From assembly GCA_965224705.1 (NCBI GenBank), contig OZ245056.1:864001-928000 (forward strand): a stretch of 64,000 nt of DNA, read 5' to 3'. This stretch comes from Spirochaetaceae bacterium. GTDB taxonomy: Bacteria > Spirochaetota > Spirochaetia > DSM-2461. Shown here piece after piece: positions 58,461-64,000 of the stretch. The notes below the pieces were generated by a model. The model searched no databases. It was not told the DNA's origin and saw only the letters and a list, made by a program, of their open reading frames with translations. A program made the translations under genes and the position numbers. How positions within the stretch are numbered: the stretch's first letter is position 1; each line of letters starts with the position of its first letter.

Positions 58461-60230
58461 ATGCTAAAGAATAAACGAACGGCAACATGTGGTGAATTAA
58501 CAGTAAAGAACACAGGTCAAACCGTAACATTGAATGGCTGGATTCACCGCAGCAGGAATCATGGCGGTGTGCATTTCTTCGACATCAGAGACCGCTATGG
58601 CATGACTCAAGCGGTTATAGATAACAACGCTCCCCGGAAGCTGCAGGATATGGCCGCCGAGTTGAAAATGGAATACTGCATTGCCGTAACAGGGATTGTC
58701 CAGACCCGTCCGGAAGGAATGGTTAACAGAAGCATTGTAACGGGTGAAATTGAACTTGTCATCAATTCCCTGGAGGTGTTAAACACCTGCCCTGCTCTCC
58801 CGTTCATGGTAGACGGTGAGGAAGAGGTCAATGAAAATCTCCGTATGAAGTACAGATCCCTTGATCTCAGGACTGAAGCAATGCAAAAACGCCTGAAACT
58901 GCGTCACGAAACCACGTGGGAAGCAAGAAAATTTCTGACGGAGCAGGGGTTCTGGGAAGTGGAAACGCCCACCCTCATCAAATCCACCCCGGAAGGTGCT
59001 CGTGATTATCTGGTACCATCACGTTTGAATACCGGACATTTCTATGCTCTTCCTCAATCTCCTCAACTCTACAAACAGGTTCTTATGGCTGGAGGTTCAG
59101 ATAGATACTATCAATTTGCCCGCTGCTACCGGGATGAAGATGCCCGGGGAGACAGGCAGCCGGAATTCACCCAGATTGACCTTGAAATGAGTTTTGTCAG
59201 CCGGGATGATGTCTTGGAACTTCTGGAAGGACTGATGTCACGAACATTCAAGAAAGTTCTGGATATTGATTTACCCCGTCCCTTCCCGCGATTAACCTGG
59301 AAACAATCCATGGATGATTATGGAACTGACAAGCCTGATCTCCGCTATGGAATGAAGTTCCAGGATTTTACCCCCTTCGTTCCAGAATCGAACTTTGGCG
59401 TTTTCAAATCAGTTCTGGAATCCGGGGGGGCAGTCAAAGCCATGGTTGTAAAAAATGCCGCCGCCAGCTACTCCCGGAAAAAGATTGCTGAACTGGAAGA
59501 TGAAGCACGGAAAAAAGGGGCCGGAGGATTGGCCTGGATGAAGGTAACCGGCGATGGTCTGGATGGTGGTGTTTCGAAGTTCTACAGGGAACAGTCAACA
59601 GCCATCTGCAGTGATCTGGATGCCGGGCCAGGGGATCTTATACTTCTGATGGGGGCCGATTGGAAAATATCTGTGGAATCTCTGGGAGCTGTGCGAATGA
59701 AACTGGGCAGGGATCGGGGACTTATTAAACCCGATACATTCAGGTTCTGCTGGATTGTGGATTTCCCACTGTTCGAGAGGGATACGGAAAAGGATTCATG
59801 GAAGCCGGTTCACCACATGTTTACAATGCCCCAGGAACAGTATCTGGACACAATGGAAGAAAATCCCGGTGAAGTCATCGGTAATTTATACGACCTGGTC
59901 CTCAATGGCAACGAGCTGGGTTCCGGTTCTGTCAGGATACACAATCCCGACGTACAATCTCGAGTCTTCGACCTTGTGGGATTCCCCAGGGAAGACGCAG
60001 AGCAGCGATTTGGATTCCTCCTGGAAGCCTTGAAGTATGGGGCTCCTCCCCATGCTGGCTTTGCCGTCGGTTTTGATCGTCTGGTTATGCTTATGGCTCA
60101 GGTGAATTCATTGAGAGAAGTTATTGCCTTTCCGAAAAACACCCAGGGAATCAGCCCCATGGATGACAGTCCATCCGCTGTAGATACTGAACAGCTTGAT
60201 GATCTTCGATTAAGAATTGTTCAGGATTGA
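58461..60230 (+). CDS. aspS: Aspartate--tRNA ligase
   Basis: DIRDRYG, STPEGARDYLVP, ALPQSPQ, RQPEFTQID, YGAPPHAG, VIAFPK. Confidence 0.97.
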   Translation: MLKNKRTATCGELTVKNTGQTVTLNGWIHRSRNHGGVHFFDIRDRYGMTQAVIDNNAPRKLQDMAAELKMEYCIAVTGIVQTRPEGMVNRSIVTGEIELVINSLEVLNTCPALPFMVDGEEEVNENLRMKYRSLDLRTEAMQKRLKLRHETTWEARKFLTEQGFWEVETPTLIKSTPEGARDYLVPSRLNTGHFYALPQSPQLYKQVLMAGGSDRYYQFARCYRDEDARGDRQPEFTQIDLEMSFVSRDDVLELLEGLMSRTFKKVLDIDLPRPFPRLTWKQSMDDYGTDKPDLRYGMKFQDFTPFVPESNFGVFKSVLESGGAVKAMVVKNAAASYSRKKIAELEDEARKKGAGGLAWMKVTGDGLDGGVSKFYREQSTAICSDLDAGPGDLILLMGADWKISVESLGAVRMKLGRDRGLIKPDTFRFCWIVDFPLFERDTEKDSWKPVHHMFTMPQEQYLDTMEENPGEVIGNLYDLVLNGNELGSGSVRIHNPDVQSRVFDLVGFPREDAEQRFGFLLEALKYGAPPHAGFAVGFDRLVMLMAQVNSLREVIAFPKNTQGISPMDDSPSAVDTEQLDDLRLRIVQD

Positions 60231-60303
60231 CAGACCATGTTCCGTGTTCCTGCCTGTTGCTTGTTGACCGTTACTTGAAATTATTGCACTCTCACAGGTA
60301 TTT

Positions 60304-61473
60304 ATGTTTTCAATTAAGACTTTCGACAAAATATCACCGGCCGGGTTAAGCATCCTTGAGAGGAGCAATTACAGCATAGACAGTTCCATAGCGGCACCCG
60401 ATGCCATACTGTTGAGAAGCTGCAATCTTTTTGAAGAAATGATTGGTGATTCCGTCAAAGCCATCGCCCGTGCTGGTGCGGGAGTAAACAACATCCCTGT
60501 AGATTTTTGCACTGAACATGGAATCGTCGTTTTCAATACTCCCGGTGCAAATGCCAACAGTGTAAAAGAACTGGTGATTGCCGGCCTGCTTCTGTCGTCA
60601 CGGCGTATCCATGAAGGGATGAACTGGCTTGAGAACCAGAAACCACATTCAGAACTTGAAAAGCAGGTTGAAAAGAATAAATCAGCATTCGCAGGCAATG
60701 AAATATCCGGCAAGAGTATTGGAATCATTGGCCTGGGAGCAATTGGGGTTCTCGTTGCCAATACAGTCGTGGAATTGGGAATGACCACTTACGGATATGA
60801 TCCATTTATTTCTATTGATGCAGCATGGGGATTGTCGAGAAAAGTAAAGCGGACAGAAAGCCTCAATCAACTTATGTCCAGTTGTGATTACATTACCCTC
60901 CATGTACCTCTGACACCGGATACAGAGGGTCTGGTGAATATGGAGAATCTTGGAAGGGCAAAGAAAGGACTGCGCATACTTAATTTCTCACGGGATGGCT
61001 TAGTTGACAGGCAGGCTGTTGAGTCATCTCTGAATAAAGGGATTATCAACCGTTACATCACAGATTTTCCCACACCGGAACTCATGGGTATTGAGGGAGT
61101 GATGAGTCTGCCCCACCTTGGAGCTTCAACGATGGAGGCTGAAGAAAACTGTGCCGTCATGGCGGCAGGGCAACTCAAAAACTTCCTTGAAAATGGAATC
61201 ATTGTGAACTCGGTCAATTTTCCTGACTGTTCCCTTGATAATACCGGAGGAACCCGTCTCCTTGTTGCCAATCTCAATGTACCGAACATGTTGAGTCAAA
61301 TTCTGGAAATACTTGCCCATCAAAATCTCAACATTGAAGAGATGGTCAATAAGCACCGCAACGGTATAGCGTACAATATAATTGATCTCTCAACTCCGGC
61401 AATCAGTGAATCAGTTCTGTCAGAATTGAATAACATCGAAGGGGTTATAATGACCCGGCAGACAGGATGCTGA
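60304..61473 (+). CDS. serA: Phosphoglycerate dehydrogenase with ACT domain
   Basis: ARAGAGVNNIP, NTPGANANSVKE, GLGAIG, PHLGAST. Confidence 0.88.
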   Translation: MFSIKTFDKISPAGLSILERSNYSIDSSIAAPDAILLRSCNLFEEMIGDSVKAIARAGAGVNNIPVDFCTEHGIVVFNTPGANANSVKELVIAGLLLSSRRIHEGMNWLENQKPHSELEKQVEKNKSAFAGNEISGKSIGIIGLGAIGVLVANTVVELGMTTYGYDPFISIDAAWGLSRKVKRTESLNQLMSSCDYITLHVPLTPDTEGLVNMENLGRAKKGLRILNFSRDGLVDRQAVESSLNKGIINRYITDFPTPELMGIEGVMSLPHLGASTMEAEENCAVMAAGQLKNFLENGIIVNSVNFPDCSLDNTGGTRLLVANLNVPNMLSQILEILAHQNLNIEEMVNKHRNGIAYNIIDLSTPAISESVLSELNNIEGVIMTRQTGC

Positions 61474-61553
61474 AAAGTTCTCCAATGGGTCGACAGGCTG
61501 CATTTTCTTCGTTATACTGGCCGCCATTGAATAATATCTTTTCAGGAGGTTTG

Positions 61554-62594
61554 ATGAGCCACAGGATTTTATGGAAATACACATTTTTCCTGATACTGAC
61601 AGTGTTTGCGATGACTTCGATATCATGTAACCCCAACCCCTACAACCTTGAAGATGGGCTGTATGCCAGTATTATTACAGCCAGGGGTGATATAATTATT
61701 GAACTGTTCCCCGATAAATCACCTCTGACAGTAATGAACTTTGTTGGTCTTGCGGAAGGTTCACTGGATTTTACGAACAAGAACGGACCCTTCTACAATG
61801 GATTGAAATTTCACCGCGTGATTGAGAACTTCATGATTCAGGGGGGAGATCCTCAGGGAACTGGTTCTGGCGGACCTGGCTACAGTTTCAGAGATGAAAC
61901 GGATAATGGCCTGATTTTCGATAAACCGGGAATACTGGCCATGGCCAATTCCGGCCCCAATACCAATGGAAGTCAGTTTTTTATAACCCATGTTGTTACA
62001 GACTGGCTCAATGCCAGACATACAATATTCGGTCAGGTGAAACAGGGCCAGGAGATTGTCAATGCAATTGAGCAGGATGACATCATGAAGGAAATCAAAA
62101 TCATGAGAATAGGTACGAAGGCATCGAACTACAAAGCCGATTCGGACACATTTAAAACACTGGAGAAAAATCTTGAACAACAGGCACAGGCCATCCGGGA
62201 GGAAAAAATGAAAGACATATTGAATGAAATTGCCAACCGCTGGCCTGGTGCTTTGTTTGATGAAACAACAGGGATTTATAATCTGATTCGTACCGAAGGT
62301 GCTGGCCCTCTTCCGAATCCCGGCTCCAGGATTACGGTTCATTACACCGGAACACTGATGGATGGGACCAGGTTTGACAGTTCAAGAGACAGAGATGATC
62401 CCTTCCAATTCATTGTTGGGAAAGGACAGGTGATTCCTGGCTGGGATGTTTCCCTGCTTCAAATGAAAAAAGGAGAGCGGCGCATAATAATACTCCCTCC
62501 TGAAATGGGCTATGGCAGCCGGGGAATTGGCCCCATACCGGCTGATTCATGGCTGGTATTCGATGTGGAACTCATTGATTTCCAGGACGAATAA
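61554..62594 (+). CDS. Cyclophilin-FKBP fusion peptidyl-prolyl isomerase, probable lipoprotein
   Basis: SISC lipobox-like; FHRVIENFMIQGGDP, AMANSGPNTNGSQFFIT; VHYTGTL, VIPGWD. Confidence 0.93.
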   Translation: MSHRILWKYTFFLILTVFAMTSISCNPNPYNLEDGLYASIITARGDIIIELFPDKSPLTVMNFVGLAEGSLDFTNKNGPFYNGLKFHRVIENFMIQGGDPQGTGSGGPGYSFRDETDNGLIFDKPGILAMANSGPNTNGSQFFITHVVTDWLNARHTIFGQVKQGQEIVNAIEQDDIMKEIKIMRIGTKASNYKADSDTFKTLEKNLEQQAQAIREEKMKDILNEIANRWPGALFDETTGIYNLIRTEGAGPLPNPGSRITVHYTGTLMDGTRFDSSRDRDDPFQFIVGKGQVIPGWDVSLLQMKKGERRIIILPPEMGYGSRGIGPIPADSWLVFDVELIDFQDE

Positions 62595-62595
62595 A

Positions 62596-63600
62596 ATGAA
62601 ACTCCGCCTGCCTGGTCTGGTTCTGCTCTGCTTCTCAACTGCCGGGATCTGGGCTTCAGGAACCCGGGAAGATCCTGGGCCGGGTTTGTATGCCCATATA
62701 ACAACTGTGAAGGGTACAATGGTTTTCAAACTGGATTACAATAACACACCATTAACAGTTACAAGTTTTGCCGGACTTGCTCAGGGCGTTTTAAATAACT
62801 CAGCCAGGAATAAAGGTGTGCCTTATTATGATGGCATGCCGATTGACAGTATCGTCAGGGATTATGCCGTTTTTATTGGAGAACATGGTGAATCACTGCC
62901 CAGGGAAATGACCGGCAGGATATCTGCGTCATCTCCTGGAGTACTGGTGATGGATGGCCTATCAACTGAGTCATCGGCGAGTCGCTTCTTCATCACAATC
63001 CATGGAGATGAATTTCTTGATTCTAAATATACAAGCTTTGGAGAAATTGTTTCAGGTGAATCCACTTTGAAGAGACTTAAAGCCGGAGACATAATTCAAT
63101 CTATAGAAATCTTAAAAACTGGTTCGGAAGCCAGAGCATTTCCAATCACTCAGGACTCCTTTGACAGGCTTTTACTGAAAGGGCGCACAACCGAAGTCAA
63201 CAATCTCGAAGCCATTGATCCTGCCCTTGCCGAAATTGTTCACAGTCTAGGAGAGGGACGCAAAAAATCGCGCTCCGGTATATATTACTCAGTCCTTACA
63301 GAAGGAGAGGGACCTGCTCCCTCCAGCGGAGACAGGGTTTCCATGCACTACATTGGCTCCCTTCTTGATGGAACAGTATTCGATGATTCAAGAATTCGTG
63401 ATCAAACATTTGATTTCACCATGGGTGTAGACAGCATGATTCCCGGTTGGATTGAGATGGTAATGAGCATGAAAGCCGGTGAAATACGCAAAGTGGTTCT
63501 CCCGCCGGAAACAGCGTATGGTGAGTCTGGTTTTGGTCCAATAGGTCCCAACAGTTGGCTTATCTTTCAATTAGAACTGGTGAGCTTCATTGAGGACTGA
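62596..63600 (+). CDS. Cyclophilin-FKBP paralogue with degenerate cyclophilin domain
   Basis: PLTVTSFAGLAQG, SRFFIT, YTSFG; MHYIGSL, FDDS, MIPGW. Confidence 0.85.
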   Translation: MKLRLPGLVLLCFSTAGIWASGTREDPGPGLYAHITTVKGTMVFKLDYNNTPLTVTSFAGLAQGVLNNSARNKGVPYYDGMPIDSIVRDYAVFIGEHGESLPREMTGRISASSPGVLVMDGLSTESSASRFFITIHGDEFLDSKYTSFGEIVSGESTLKRLKAGDIIQSIEILKTGSEARAFPITQDSFDRLLLKGRTTEVNNLEAIDPALAEIVHSLGEGRKKSRSGIYYSVLTEGEGPAPSSGDRVSMHYIGSLLDGTVFDDSRIRDQTFDFTMGVDSMIPGWIEMVMSMKAGEIRKVVLPPETAYGESGFGPIGPNSWLIFQLELVSFIED

Positions 63601-64000
63601 GTGGCCGGGAGCAAAACCAATTCTTACCTATGCACATCCTGTGGTCATCACGAAGCTAAATGGCTTGGACACTGTCCCTCCTGTGGGGAATGGAATACCT
63701 TTAAAAGCGTAAAGCTAAGGCCTGATTCACAGCAGAATCGGCGAAAATCAACAGCACTTAAAAACATTGAAGATTCTGAACCAAAACTTTTGTCAACGAT
63801 AGATCCGGCTCCTCCGGAACGCTATCCAACAAAAATCGAAGAACTCGACCGGGTTCTTGGCGGCGGTCTATCTCCGGGAACTTCCGTTCTTCTCGGAGGA
63901 GAGCCGGGGATTGGCAAATCGACATTGATGCTTCAGGTGGCGGCTGCTTTGCCGGGAACAGGACTCTATGTATCGGGTGAAGAATCTAAAGAGCAGCTAA
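63601..64000 (+). CDS. radA: DNA repair protein RadA (partial, runs off the right edge)
   Basis: GTG start; CTSCG..KWLGHCPSCGEWNT, ELDRVLGGG, GGEPGIGKSTL. Confidence 0.95.
   Translation, partial: MAGSKTNSYLCTSCGHHEAKWLGHCPSCGEWNTFKSVKLRPDSQQNRRKSTALKNIEDSEPKLLSTIDPAPPERYPTKIEELDRVLGGGLSPGTSVLLGGEPGIGKSTLMLQVAAALPGTGLYVSGEESKEQL

Overview
Bacterial chromosomal window, probably from a free-living spirochaete (inference from AxGxxE-type binding-protein signal peptides, cyclophilin-FKBP fusions and the attC style). Backbone genes are PBP1A (partial), rlpA, a nucleoside ABC uptake/MTA-5'-deoxyadenosine salvage cluster, galK, a TAXI-TRAP transporter, a Liv-type ABC + KAS III/thiolase/CoA-transferase operon, htpG, nifSU, feoAAB, aspS, serA, two PPIases and radA (partial). 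Accessory DNA is a ~6 kb nest of IS remnants (about 4.2-10.2 kb) holding an integrase-less integron cassette remnant (two attC sites, one toxin-antitoxin cassette) and a secreted 32-aa repeat protein; a tandem pair of mosaic AAA-ATPase/PD-(D/E)XK genes; and an AT-rich ACP/ligase/SDR/deacetylase island. The most striking observation is a palindromic miniature element present three times (161, 161 and 157 bp). Its end matches an IS1182-family terminus in the same window, and in two cases it adds exactly 165 bp (55 codons) inside a gene without breaking the frame, each time in a different frame. No CRISPR array, rRNA, tRNA, integrase or reverse transcriptase was seen. All calls come from reading motifs; no searches were run.
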